The notes: a model not told the origin generated them from the sequence alone. A stretch of DNA of 62,026 nucleotides from an uncultured Nitrospira sp. (GCA_902500705.1 CABVRR010000002.1:1-62026); one strand, 5' to 3'. Shown: positions 1 to 8,915, counted from the stretch's first letter. Made by a program: numbers and translations.

Positions 1-104
1 CGAAACTGACGCAAGTGGCCGGATTCGAATGGGGCACCGGCTTCTACATCAATCCCGTGTCACCGGAAGACGCTTCGACATTTCTCCGCGAAGCGGTGAT
101 CTAA

Positions 105-1487
105 ATGCCGACTCGTCTTCGGCTTGCCGATTCCGGCCTCCGAGACGCCCTTCGTCGTATCGAACACACTATCCGCCGTGGTGGCGGACGAATCTGGCTG
201 GTCGGCGGCTGTGTCCGCGATCTCATGCTTGGTCGACAACCTCACGATCTGGATATTGAAATCGTTGGACTCCCGCCCGGCCAGGTCCACACACTGCTGG
301 CTGAACATTTCTCCGTTCAATTCGTCGGAAAGACATTTGAAATCTTCAAGCTGCAGGGTTTACCGATCGATCTTTCCATCCCATCACGCATACTCACTGA
401 CGACACCTCCCTACCAGGCCTGCTGAGACAAGCCGATCCTCACATGCCGATCGACGAGGCGCTGGCACGGCGAGACTTCACGATCAACGCGATGGCTTGG
501 GATCCGGACACCATGGAACTTCGTGATCCCTTCAATGGTCGCGGCGACCTGGATGCACGGATATTGCGCCACGCATCGAACCGATTCACTGAAGATCCGC
601 TGCGCGTCTTGCGCGGCATGCAGCTGTCGGCCCGCTTTGACCTCACGGTTGCGCCCGAAACAACAACGCTGTGCCACACGCTGTCACAGGAAGGTCAGCC
701 TTGCGAGCGGCTGTGGGAAGAATGGAAGAAACTGCTCCTTCACGGAAGCAAGCCGTCACGGGGTTTGCAATTCTTACGTCACTGCGGCTGGCTCCGTTTC
801 TACCCGGAACTCGAGGCCCTTGAAGGCTGCCTACAAGATCCCGTCTGGCACCCGGAAGGCGATGTCTGGGTTCACACGCTTCACTGCCTGGACTGGTTCG
901 CAACAGAACGAACCGGTCATGCGCTGGACGACCTCGTCGTAGGGCTCGGCGTACTCTGTCACGACTTCGGTAAACCGGCCACGACTCGAGAGGAGTATGG
1001 GCATGTCACCGCTCGAGGGCACGAATCGGAAGGAGCAGGCCCCACGAAACGCTTTCTTGATCGACTCACCAACCAACACGCTCTGATCGATGACGTGGTC
1101 GCGCTCGTGCGTTGCCATCTCCGCCCTCGCGCCCTCCATGATGCCAAGGCTTCGGACAGCGCAATCCGTCGACTGGCCACGCACATTCAGCGTATCGACC
1201 GATTGGTACGTGTTGCGCGGGCCGATCACGCCGGCCGCCCTCCGAAACCATTTGATGGATTTCCTGCCGGCGCGTGGCTGCTGGACCGAGCACAACGGCT
1301 GACCGTAGACCGTCAAGCGCCCTCTCCGATTATCATGGGCCGTCACCTGTTGGAATTGGGAGTCCAGCCAGGCTCTGACATGGGTCGACTCCTGGATGAC
1401 TGTTATGAAGCTCAACTTGATGGAGACTTTGGAACATTGGAAGAAGGTCTCACCTACATCAAAAACCGACTCTCCGCCCTGTGCTGA
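105..1487 (+). CDS. cca: Class II tRNA nucleotidyltransferase (CCA/poly(A) polymerase family) with HD domain
   Basis: Motifs VGGCVRD, DLDIE, RRDFTINAMA and EDPLRVLR; HD region HPEGDVWVHT...CHDFGK; C-terminal GRHLLELGVQPG. Confidence 0.85.
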   Translation: MPTRLRLADSGLRDALRRIEHTIRRGGGRIWLVGGCVRDLMLGRQPHDLDIEIVGLPPGQVHTLLAEHFSVQFVGKTFEIFKLQGLPIDLSIPSRILTDDTSLPGLLRQADPHMPIDEALARRDFTINAMAWDPDTMELRDPFNGRGDLDARILRHASNRFTEDPLRVLRGMQLSARFDLTVAPETTTLCHTLSQEGQPCERLWEEWKKLLLHGSKPSRGLQFLRHCGWLRFYPELEALEGCLQDPVWHPEGDVWVHTLHCLDWFATERTGHALDDLVVGLGVLCHDFGKPATTREEYGHVTARGHESEGAGPTKRFLDRLTNQHALIDDVVALVRCHLRPRALHDAKASDSAIRRLATHIQRIDRLVRVARADHAGRPPKPFDGFPAGAWLLDRAQRLTVDRQAPSPIIMGRHLLELGVQPGSDMGRLLDDCYEAQLDGDFGTLEEGLTYIKNRLSALC

Positions 1488-1573
1488 TCAGCGTCTTAGT
1501 TCCTGGTTCAAACGCGCACGCGTAATTTCTTCCCCTCTTGCCCATTGACCTTCGAAATGCGTATGATCCGCTC

Positions 1574-1768
1574 ATGCAGGTGCAGTTGAACCATCCCTCG
1601 CGATCGATCGAGATCAAAGGGCCGAAGCGGGCCAAAGACCTTCTGCGTGAATTAAATCTTCTGGTGGAAGCCCATTTGGTGATTCGAGATAACGAATTAG
1701 TAACCGAAGATGAAATGCTCTCCGACAAGGATCAAATCGAAATTCGCCCAGTGATTTCAGGAGGGTAA
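1574..1768 (+). CDS. ThiS/MoaD-family ubiquitin-like sulfur carrier (TtuB-like)
   Basis: 64 aa from ATG 1574, ending in ISGG; beta-grasp size; resembles Thermus TtuB as recalled from memory. Confidence 0.85.
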   Translation: MQVQLNHPSRSIEIKGPKRAKDLLRELNLLVEAHLVIRDNELVTEDEMLSDKDQIEIRPVISGG

Positions 1769-2056
1769 CGTTGATCAGGCTTGATCCAGATCATCATTGA
1801 TCTCTCAGTGCGGCCTTCAATCAAATTGATGATGCAAAGTCTCTTATGACATTGCCCCGGAGCATCGGCTCTGTCATCACCTCACCGCGCCTTTAGTACA
1901 CGAACAAAGTAAACAAGAAGGCGAGATGGTGTAGGGTTCCTACAAACACACCGCAGCATGCCCCCCTGGCACGTTGTGACTTAGATCTATTCTCTTCATA
2001 GCTCGACCCGTTTGGCCTTCGAAGCAAATCCACAACGATATAAAAGAAAGTTGTGC

Positions 2057-2073
2057 TGGCAAAAGCTTTGCCA
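2057..2073. promoter_or_regulatory. Palindromic site TGGCAAAAGCTTTGCCA; fits sigma54 GG-N10-GC on both strands, or a transcription-factor operator
   Basis: 7-bp arms TGGCAAA/TTTGCCA with a 3-bp spacer; reads TGGCA...TTGC in both orientations. Confidence 0.4.
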
Positions 2074-2230
2074 ATGCCTACGTCAACAATCACAAATGAG
2101 GCGGTTTAGTCGTATCCAGACCATTCTGCTACAGCGCCCTGTAGGACAAATCATTCGTGTCTTCATGAGAGGATTTTTGTAACCTGCTGATTCCTTTGTA
2201 GTCTATCTCTCATCTTGTGAAAGCATGGAA

Positions 2231-2246
2231 CGGCACCACCTTTGCT
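2231..2246 (+). promoter_or_regulatory. Putative sigma54 (-24/-12) promoter
   Basis: CGGCACcacctTTGCT: exact GG-N10-GC spacing, close to consensus TGGCAC-N5-TTGCW, about 70 nt upstream of ATG 2317. Confidence 0.6.
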
Positions 2247-2316
2247 GTGTATCTGGCAAGTGCCGAGTGAGTGGCACACGTGCTTCCAACTTTTTATTAT
2301 CAAGGGGGTTCTTATA

Positions 2317-2553
2317 ATGAAGAGCATGTTGATGGCAATCATGGCAGTAGCAGTGGCAGTGACCTTCAGTGCACCAGCCTTCGCCAGCGACAAGAAGGAA
2401 GAGAAGAAGGGCGGCCATGTCGTGGTGTCTGCTGAAGAGAAGAAAGAGAAGAAGGGCGGCCATGCCGACACCTTCGGTGACAAGAAGGAAGAGAAGAAGG
2501 GCGGCCATGCCGACACCTTCGGCGATAAGAAGGATGAGAAGGGCGGAAAGTAA
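2317..2553 (+). CDS. Small secreted Lys/Glu-rich repeat protein of unknown function
   Basis: Purine-rich SD-like AAGGGGG; signal peptide ending APAFA; repeated DKKEEKKGGH; followed by a strong terminator. Confidence 0.85.
   Translation: MKSMLMAIMAVAVAVTFSAPAFASDKKEEKKGGHVVVSAEEKKEKKGGHADTFGDKKEEKKGGHADTFGDKKDEKGGK
2389..2550 (+). repeat. 45-bp (15-codon) coding tandem repeat, about 3.6 copies
   Basis: Units start at 2389, 2434, 2479 and 2524: DKKEEKKGGHVVVSA / EEKKEKKGGHADTFG / DKKEEKKGGHADTFG / DKKDEKGGK. Confidence 0.95.
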
Positions 2554-2572
2554 GACGTAGCTCCGTGTGCTG

Positions 2573-2620
2573 ACCAGGGGGCTTTCTACATAATAGTAGA
2601 AAGCCCCCTGGTAATTTGTT
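2573..2620 (+). terminator. Intrinsic terminator with a 17-bp perfect stem
   Basis: ACCAGGGGGCTTTCTAC-ataata-GTAGAAAGCCCCCTGGT followed by aatttgtt, 20 nt after the stop at 2553. Confidence 0.85.
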
Positions 2621-2891
2621 GCCCGTCGATACGGCAACATTCTCTCAATGGCCAACAAAATGACGCACAATAGTTTTCAATGATGACGCGGACCAAATTC
2701 AAATCACGCGGTACGATTCTGAATGTAAACCTGAAAGCATCATCCCGCTGATCGTTGTTGACAATCCGTTCTCGCTCATTGTATTTCTACATACGCCTGT
2801 GAGAATATTCCTCTGTTGATATCACTACAAACTGTACTCTCCTACTTAGCGCAGAGTGCTGAGTACGCTACTCACACCTTATGAGTCTACT

Positions 2892-3236
2892 ATGGATCTA
2901 CCAAGATCGAGGACCAGTCTGTATCATTCAATTCTAATCTGTTCGCTCTTGCTCGTTACAATGGCATGCGCGTCGTCAGACCCCACACCAGCCAGTGGAA
3001 CGGCTACACTTTCGTGGAATGCCATCGGCGGACCAGACCTGGCTGGATATAAGATCTATACGGCAACAGCGTCAGGTGCGTATGGCGCACCGGTTGCTAC
3101 TGTACCTTTGAATGTCACAAGCTACACGGTAACCGGCTTGGAACCCGCTATGACCCATTTCTTCGCACTCACCGCATACAATTCGAATGGTACTGAAAGT
3201 TCCTTCTCAAACGAAGTCAGTAAACTTGTTCCCTAA
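2892..3236 (+). CDS. Fibronectin type III domain lipoprotein/exported protein
   Basis: Hydrophobic stretch plus TMAC lipobox-like site; FN3 hallmarks ATLSW, LAGYKIY, SYTVTGL, FALTAYN..G.ES..S; start uncertain (2856 or 2892). Confidence 0.8.
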   Translation: MDLPRSRTSLYHSILICSLLLVTMACASSDPTPASGTATLSWNAIGGPDLAGYKIYTATASGAYGAPVATVPLNVTSYTVTGLEPAMTHFFALTAYNSNGTESSFSNEVSKLVP

Positions 3237-3518
3237 CTGACCTCCGCTGAACCACGGATCTAGAATGTGCCGGTATTTGTCTCTGCACTATTCTGTGTAA
3301 ACCGGTGACAACCTGTAGTGCTCTTGACCGAGAATAACCTGGTGGAGTTGTTATCGGCGCTGCGTTGACTAGGAACGGTGGGCAACCGATTCAGGGGGAA
3401 GTCCCAGTCCTTGGGCTACACCCCGCATAGTAGGATGTTCGATAGTCTGTGCTCTCATCGTCTCTATCTTAAGGATAGACATAATCCATTTTCACCATCT
3501 GATTGAGGAGGTATTGCA

Positions 3519-3797
3519 ATGCGACGATTGTTTTCAGTCTTGACCGCAACCCTGATGATGTTTGCCCTAAGCATGTCCGTCGGTATGGCAGGGGAAATCA
3601 AGGGCACGATAGAAAAGGCGAAAGGGGATATAAAGGGCGCGTACGAAGAGCAGAAAGGGGAAGCGAAGGCCCAGGTTGAAGAGGCAAAGGGGAATGATGT
3701 GAAGGCCGCCGTGGAACGCGGGAAGGGCAATGTGAAGGGTGCCGTCGAGCGCGGCAAGGGTGCGGTAAATGAGATGAAGGAAAAGCTAAAAGACTAA
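3519..3797 (+). CDS. Small secreted CsbD/LEA-like helical repeat protein
   Basis: SD GAGGAGG; signal peptide; K/G/A/E-rich ~11-aa repeats (KAAVERGKGNV / KGAVERGKGAV). Confidence 0.75.
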   Translation: MRRLFSVLTATLMMFALSMSVGMAGEIKGTIEKAKGDIKGAYEEQKGEAKAQVEEAKGNDVKAAVERGKGNVKGAVERGKGAVNEMKEKLKD

Positions 3798-3889
3798 CGA
3801 AAAGACCTGTTGGCGCTTGTGCATGAAAGCCCCCATGAGTCCATGCACAAGCGCCAATCTGATCTAGCCACTCAGAATCTCTCGTTAGA

Positions 3890-4534
3890 TCAGGCAGAAA
3901 CAAACGACGCCGGCCCCGTCTGACGAAGCCGACTTTCAACTGACTTCCAGTCAATGTTTGCAAAAAATGAATCGATGTACGCACCTCGCTCGGAAGGTTT
4001 GTAGTCGAGAAGAAATGCGTGTTCCCAGACATCCATGACCAGAACCGGGACAAACCCCACGATATTCCCCGTTTCGTGGAGCGTAATCCAATGATTACTG
4101 AGCGCTCCATTGTATGGATTTAAGTAACAGATCCCCCATCCCACTCCTCTCATCTTCCCCACGCTCATAAAGTCGACTTTCCACGCCTCATACGTCCCAA
4201 AGCTTTCCTCCGCCACCCTTCGAAATGTCGAGTCGTGGCCGGGATCATTCGCTCGCTCGACCGAAAGATTATCGAAATAATACTCGTGGAGCAGCATACC
4301 GTTATACTCAAACCCAAGACGGCGTTTCAGCTCGGAATAGATCAGTTGCTCTTCTTGATTCATCTTCCCTTTACCGGACATCTCGCGTATGCGATTGGTC
4401 AGGTGATTCGTTTCTGCGACATACCCCGCGTATAGCGCAAGATGCATGGCCACGGTTTGATCTGAAATGCCGTGTAAGCCGTGCAGATCGTACGGCTTGG
4501 TTTCATACGCACATGACGGAATCGGTATAGGCAT
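3890..4534 (-). CDS. sod: Fe/Mn superoxide dismutase
   Basis: Signature DVWEHAF; metal ligands in MHLALYAGY and NGMLLHEYYF; SD GAGGAGG. Confidence 0.92.
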   Translation of the reverse strand: MPIPIPSCAYETKPYDLHGLHGISDQTVAMHLALYAGYVAETNHLTNRIREMSGKGKMNQEEQLIYSELKRRLGFEYNGMLLHEYYFDNLSVERANDPGHDSTFRRVAEESFGTYEAWKVDFMSVGKMRGVGWGICYLNPYNGALSNHWITLHETGNIVGFVPVLVMDVWEHAFLLDYKPSERGAYIDSFFANIDWKSVESRLRQTGPASFVSA

Positions 4535-4608
4535 AAGACATCCTCCTCAGGATGATGAGTTCTCAACTTTGGTGTCGGCTACCGACTCTTGAGACTTCGG
4601 ATACAACG

Positions 4609-5091
4609 TTATTCGGCATGCCTACCAAGCGGTGTCGACCATGCTTCATCCACCAGACGACGGGTTGAGTCCGCCGGCGATGCTGCCTCAGCAAAGACCG
4701 ACGAATAGCGTCCCTGCAACTGCGCAAAAAACTGAGGATGGCTCTCCGTCGGTACCTGTGCCAGTGTGGCTAAAGACGTGAGATATTCTCCGCGACCTTG
4801 CGCAATCTCATGTTGAATATTGTCAAAATTGTACGCAGTGAACGTCTGTAGTCGTTGTTTGGCTCTTAACAGACTATCGCTTCCGACGCGCGATCCAGGC
4901 GTCGTGCTGGAGGTAAACTCTTTGCTCGGCTGTGTGAGCTCTGAGGATGCCTGCGTGGTCCCATCGGAAACGGCGGTGGTGGCATCAAAGGGAGCTTTGA
5001 CGAGTTCCTTGGTCGCGTCGCAACCTGACCATCCAAGAGCTATAGCAACCATCGGCACCACCATACCTCTGCACATTGAAAGACTCATCAT
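4609..5091 (-). CDS. DUF3015-like exported/lipoprotein
   Basis: SD AGGAG before ATG 5091; WSGC lipobox-like site; C-terminal NFDNIQHEIAQGRGEYLTSLATL typical of DUF3015. Confidence 0.7.
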   Translation of the reverse strand: MMSLSMCRGMVVPMVAIALGWSGCDATKELVKAPFDATTAVSDGTTQASSELTQPSKEFTSSTTPGSRVGSDSLLRAKQRLQTFTAYNFDNIQHEIAQGRGEYLTSLATLAQVPTESHPQFFAQLQGRYSSVFAEAASPADSTRRLVDEAWSTPLGRHAE

Positions 5092-5457
5092 TTCTCCTTG
5101 ATCAAAGAAAACAACCATTGTAATGAGTGAATTTCGGTAATCGTACGGCAATCAGCCATTGCCGAGGACTGGTATATCCCCTAGGTCGTCGCGGGTTGAT
5201 ACCTGAATGAGAGTCCGGGGAGTCTCCAGAAACGAGCATCTGCCTCTTCAGGCATTGCCTGAGGGGCTCGTGAAGAGCGATAGGTGTTTCGGAGCGACAC
5301 CATCCCAATCTACCTCTGGCAATCGCGCACAACCGCGGTAAGGACAAGATCGCCGTCGATTGATGTGGGCTTACTCTATCGGCAAGTGCTCGATGGATTC
5401 AAAACTCTCCAGAAAGGTGTGGCGGCTCGCATATCGCCCCGTGTAGGATGGGCAACG

Positions 5458-6228
5458 ATGTTGATCGACAGTCATACCCACCTGGACGACGCCCGCTACG
5501 ATGAGGACCGAGAAGCCGTCATGGCCCGTGCGCGGGAAGCCGGACTTGAGGCCTGTATCACGATTGGGTGCGACCTCACGACCAGCCGGTCAGCCATTGC
5601 GCTTGCTGAGCGCTACCCTTTTGTCTACGCCTCTATCGGTGTGCATCCCCATGAGGTACGGCACATCCAGGATGACTGGTACGATGAATTCCGTCGTTTG
5701 GCTCAGACCGGGAAAGTCGTGGCTTACGGGGAAATCGGGCTTGATTACCACTATAATCATTCCTCCCCACAGGAACAGCGTGAACGGCTCCGCGAGCAAA
5801 TTCAGCTTGCACGCGAACTCACGCTACCCGTGATCATTCACACCAGGGAAGCGCAGGAGGACACGATCGCTATTTTGAAGGAAGAGCGCGCGTCAGAAGT
5901 CGGTGGGATCTTTCATTGTTTTTCAGGAGATGCCTGGCTGGCAAAAGAAGCGCTGGACTTAGGATTCTCTCTGTCCTTTTCCGGGATTCTGACGTTTCGC
6001 AACGCAGCCGCCCTGCGCGAGATCGCCAAGAACACCCCACTCGATCGGGTACTCATTGAAACCGATTGCCCATACCTGACGCCCATTCCCTACCGAGGCA
6101 CACGCAATGAGCCGGCCTATGTGTCCCAGGTGGCCAAACAACTTGCCCTGCTCCACCCGGAACTCTCCCTGGACGACGTCGAACGAACAACCACCGCGAA
6201 CGCCAGACGGATGTTCAAAATCGCTTGA
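5458..6228 (+). CDS. tatD: TatD family metal-dependent hydrolase/DNase
   Basis: MLIDSHTHL, GVHPH, GEIGLDY, IIHTREA, FHCFSG, IETDCPYL; start set at ATG 5458. Confidence 0.95.
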   Translation: MLIDSHTHLDDARYDEDREAVMARAREAGLEACITIGCDLTTSRSAIALAERYPFVYASIGVHPHEVRHIQDDWYDEFRRLAQTGKVVAYGEIGLDYHYNHSSPQEQRERLREQIQLARELTLPVIIHTREAQEDTIAILKEERASEVGGIFHCFSGDAWLAKEALDLGFSLSFSGILTFRNAAALREIAKNTPLDRVLIETDCPYLTPIPYRGTRNEPAYVSQVAKQLALLHPELSLDDVERTTTANARRMFKIA

Positions 6229-6736
6229 GCCGCCGGTCTCGTTGCCGCTGCGCCTTTGGAAGTTTTCGGGGATTGCCCTTCTTCCCCGGCCCACGTTTCG
6301 GGCGATCGTCGTGCTCAACGTCGAGTTCCTTATTCAGCTGGCCGCCGGTCGCCGTGGACGGCGCCCGGAGTTTTCCGGCAAACTCTCGAGATCCCATCAC
6401 AAAGGCACCATGGGCTCTGGCTGCATTCACGATCTCGTGATCTGAACTGACGACCGCACAGTCCGCCCCATACTCTCGCGCCAACCGTTGGATCACCTGA
6501 TCCGCCCGTTCACCCCGTTTCGAATAGACCACCTGAACGCCCGCCCGATGCTCCCGCCGCTCCGATGACTGGCCCTGCTGCCAGCCGTCGAAGACGACAG
6601 TGATGAGGTGATGCGTTCGATGCCGATAGGCGGCAAGATCCCGCACCAATGCCTCGCGGGCCGATTCGAGATGTCCAGGAAGGCTTCCGGCACCAGCCAG
6701 CAAGTTATACCCATCGATAATCAGATGCATCGGCAT
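6215..6736 (-). CDS. NYN-domain (YacP/Rae1-like) ribonuclease
   Basis: LIIDGYNLL, VVFDG, ADQVI, VVSSD motifs; basic C-terminal tail. Confidence 0.88.
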   Translation of the reverse strand: MPMHLIIDGYNLLAGAGSLPGHLESAREALVRDLAAYRHRTHHLITVVFDGWQQGQSSERREHRAGVQVVYSKRGERADQVIQRLAREYGADCAVVSSDHEIVNAARAHGAFVMGSREFAGKLRAPSTATGGQLNKELDVEHDDRPKRGPGKKGNPRKLPKAQRQRDRRLKRF

Positions 6737-6863
6737 AGCGCACGCTATCGTGGTCGTGAGCCGACAGTCAATCCGAACCTCGCAGGATCAACTGGGGTAA
6801 TTCTTGACAAGGCGACGGACATCTGAGAATAGTTTCCCATTAGCCTTCAATCAAAAAGGGTCT

Positions 6864-8147
6864 ATGCAGGCACGAAATCCATGGCTGCGTTCGATCAAGC
6901 TCCTCGCTTTTCTCACATTCGTTGCCATCTTCTTCGTGGCTACATACGGGATCTTGGTCCAAGCCGCCTGGGCATGGTTCCCCGATGATCGTCGACCGTT
7001 GCCGATTCGGACATCGAAAGACAACCGTGTCAAGGGAACGCCGGCCGCTTTAGCTCCCGTCACCATTCGCAATTTTCGGGTCATGACGAGCCCGGAGAGA
7101 ACCAGACTGGTGTTGGACCTCGATCGTCACCCCGCTGTCATCGAGGAACGAACGGCCAATCCCAATCGTGTGGTGATCGCCCTTCCCAACGCATCGCTCA
7201 GCCGGTCAGCAAAAGCCAAAACCACGGATGGGACCATTCCCTCTCCCTTCAAGATTACTCAACCGTCCCCCCGTGCTGTTGCAGTCTCTCTACCGACTAC
7301 TTCGTTCCAGACCTATAAGCACTTCACGCTTTCCCATCCGCCTCGTCTCGTCATTGACGTCACTCCGCCCACCTCACAAGTCTCGCCTCAGGTACTTGTC
7401 CCAGATGAAGCCCCCCAACAACCGGCTGCCCCCGCCTTTCAACCTATTCAACCTCGCGCCAAGGGTTATACAACCATCGTGATCGATCCCGGCCATGGCG
7501 GGAAAGACCCTGGCGCACGAGGAGTCCGAAAGACCGAGGAAAAGGATATTACTCTCAAGGTTGGACTCCAGCTTCGAGAACTCTTACGCAAGCAATCCGG
7601 CGTACGCGTGTTGATGACCCGTGACCGTGACGTGTTCATTGAGCTGGGAGACCGCGCCAAGTTTGCAAACAGCCACGAGGCCGATCTCTTCGTCTCGATC
7701 CATGTCAACTCTCATCCCTCACGCGCGGTCAAAGGGATTGAGATCTATCACTTCGGAGAAGCCAAGGATCAGCGCGCGCTCGAGGTAGCGGCACGAGAAA
7801 ACGGTACCCCGATGAGCAACACCGGAATCGGGTGGGAATACCTCCTGGCCGATCTCTTAACGGCGAAAAAAATCGAGGCGTCCCTGGAGCTTGCGTGGAA
7901 TGCAAAAGAAGCCATGGTGTCCCAGATGAACGGGCCATACGAAGTCAACGACCATGGCGTCAAGACGGCACCGTTTTATGTCTTGCGATTTACAAGTATG
8001 CCCAGTATCTTGGCCGAGATTGCCTATATTTCAAACCCTGACGAAGAAGATCTGCTCAGGAAACCGACATTCGTCCAGGATGTCGCTCGCTCGCTCTACC
8101 AAGGCATTGTATCGTTCCTCGCCAATAATCGAGTAGCGACACGATGA
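6864..8147 (+). CDS. N-acetylmuramoyl-L-alanine amidase with AMIN domain
   Basis: N-terminal TM/signal; AMIN (TRLVLDL...PPRLVIDV); Amidase_3 motifs IDPGHGGKDPGA, SIHVN, PSILAEIAYISN. Confidence 0.93.
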   Translation: MQARNPWLRSIKLLAFLTFVAIFFVATYGILVQAAWAWFPDDRRPLPIRTSKDNRVKGTPAALAPVTIRNFRVMTSPERTRLVLDLDRHPAVIEERTANPNRVVIALPNASLSRSAKAKTTDGTIPSPFKITQPSPRAVAVSLPTTSFQTYKHFTLSHPPRLVIDVTPPTSQVSPQVLVPDEAPQQPAAPAFQPIQPRAKGYTTIVIDPGHGGKDPGARGVRKTEEKDITLKVGLQLRELLRKQSGVRVLMTRDRDVFIELGDRAKFANSHEADLFVSIHVNSHPSRAVKGIEIYHFGEAKDQRALEVAARENGTPMSNTGIGWEYLLADLLTAKKIEASLELAWNAKEAMVSQMNGPYEVNDHGVKTAPFYVLRFTSMPSILAEIAYISNPDEEDLLRKPTFVQDVARSLYQGIVSFLANNRVATR

Positions 8148-8177
8148 CCGATCCGGTCATCATCGTGCACGTGCGTC

Positions 8178-8915
8178 ATGCCCATCATCAAACTGATCCT
8201 CGAATATGACGGGACGGCCTACGCAGGCTGGCAACGTCAGCCCGATCAGCCGACGATTCAAGAAGCCGTCGAAACGGCTATTACCGGTGTCACGCAACTC
8301 CACGTCTCGGTCATCGGTGCCGGGCGGACCGATGCCGGAGTTCACGCACTGGGGCAGGTGGTAAGCTTCCGTATCGATCGGGACATGACGCCCCGAGGAT
8401 GGACCAGGGCGCTGAATGCCCACCTCCCGAAGAGCATCGTGGTGCGATCAGCCGCGCTGATGCCGGATACGTTCCACGCACGACACTCGGCTCAGGGGAA
8501 ACTGTATGAATACCATATCCTCAATCGCCCGGAGCGCCCAGCAGTTGACCGTGCCTACTGCTGGCATATCCATCAGCCGCTCGACGATGCAGCGATGAAT
8601 CACGCAGGACAAGCCCTGATCGGCTCACACGATTTTTCCTCATTCCAGACCCAGCCTACAGAAAACGACGATCCGATATGCCGCCTGCAACAATTCGCGG
8701 TTCTCCGAGAGGGAGATAGGTTGCTGGTCAGCGTCTATGCCGATCGGTTTTTGAAGCAAATGATACGCTCCATCGTCGGGACACTCGTAGAAGTCGGCTT
8801 ACACAAATGCGCCTCCGAGAGGCTCAAAACCATTCTTGAAGCGCGCAACCGCTCGGCTGCCGGTAAAACAGCTCCCCCACAAGGACTCTTTTTAGTACGA
8901 GTCGATTACGAGTAA
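8178..8915 (+). CDS. truA: tRNA pseudouridine(38-40) synthase
   Basis: EYDGTAYAGWQRQ, AGRTDAGVHA, GSHDFSSF, FLKQMIR, TAPPQGLFL. Confidence 0.96.
   Translation: MPIIKLILEYDGTAYAGWQRQPDQPTIQEAVETAITGVTQLHVSVIGAGRTDAGVHALGQVVSFRIDRDMTPRGWTRALNAHLPKSIVVRSAALMPDTFHARHSAQGKLYEYHILNRPERPAVDRAYCWHIHQPLDDAAMNHAGQALIGSHDFSSFQTQPTENDDPICRLQQFAVLREGDRLLVSVYADRFLKQMIRSIVGTLVEVGLHKCASERLKTILEARNRSAAGKTAPPQGLFLVRVDYE

Noticed and set aside
1781-1794. FNR-like box TTGAT-ccag-ATCAT
   Set aside because: Imperfect match, located just after a stop codon with no gene positioned to be regulated
1893-2093. 66-aa minus-strand ORF in the intergenic gap
   Set aside because: No SD, no recognisable motif and a non-ATG start; unsupported
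2389-2550. Direct repeats as a possible CRISPR array
   Set aside because: The period is an in-frame 45 nt inside an ORF with a signal peptide; there are no unique spacers and no cas genes
5150-5400. Small hairpins in the DUF3015-tatD intergenic region as a riboswitch or ncRNA
   Set aside because: No conserved motif of a riboswitch class I know; it would need an Infernal/Rfam search
5284-5457. N-terminal extension of TatD in the ORF track (similar extensions for ispF, kdsC and fcl)
   Set aside because: Family homology begins at the downstream start; the extensions are unconserved-looking or overlap neighbouring genes
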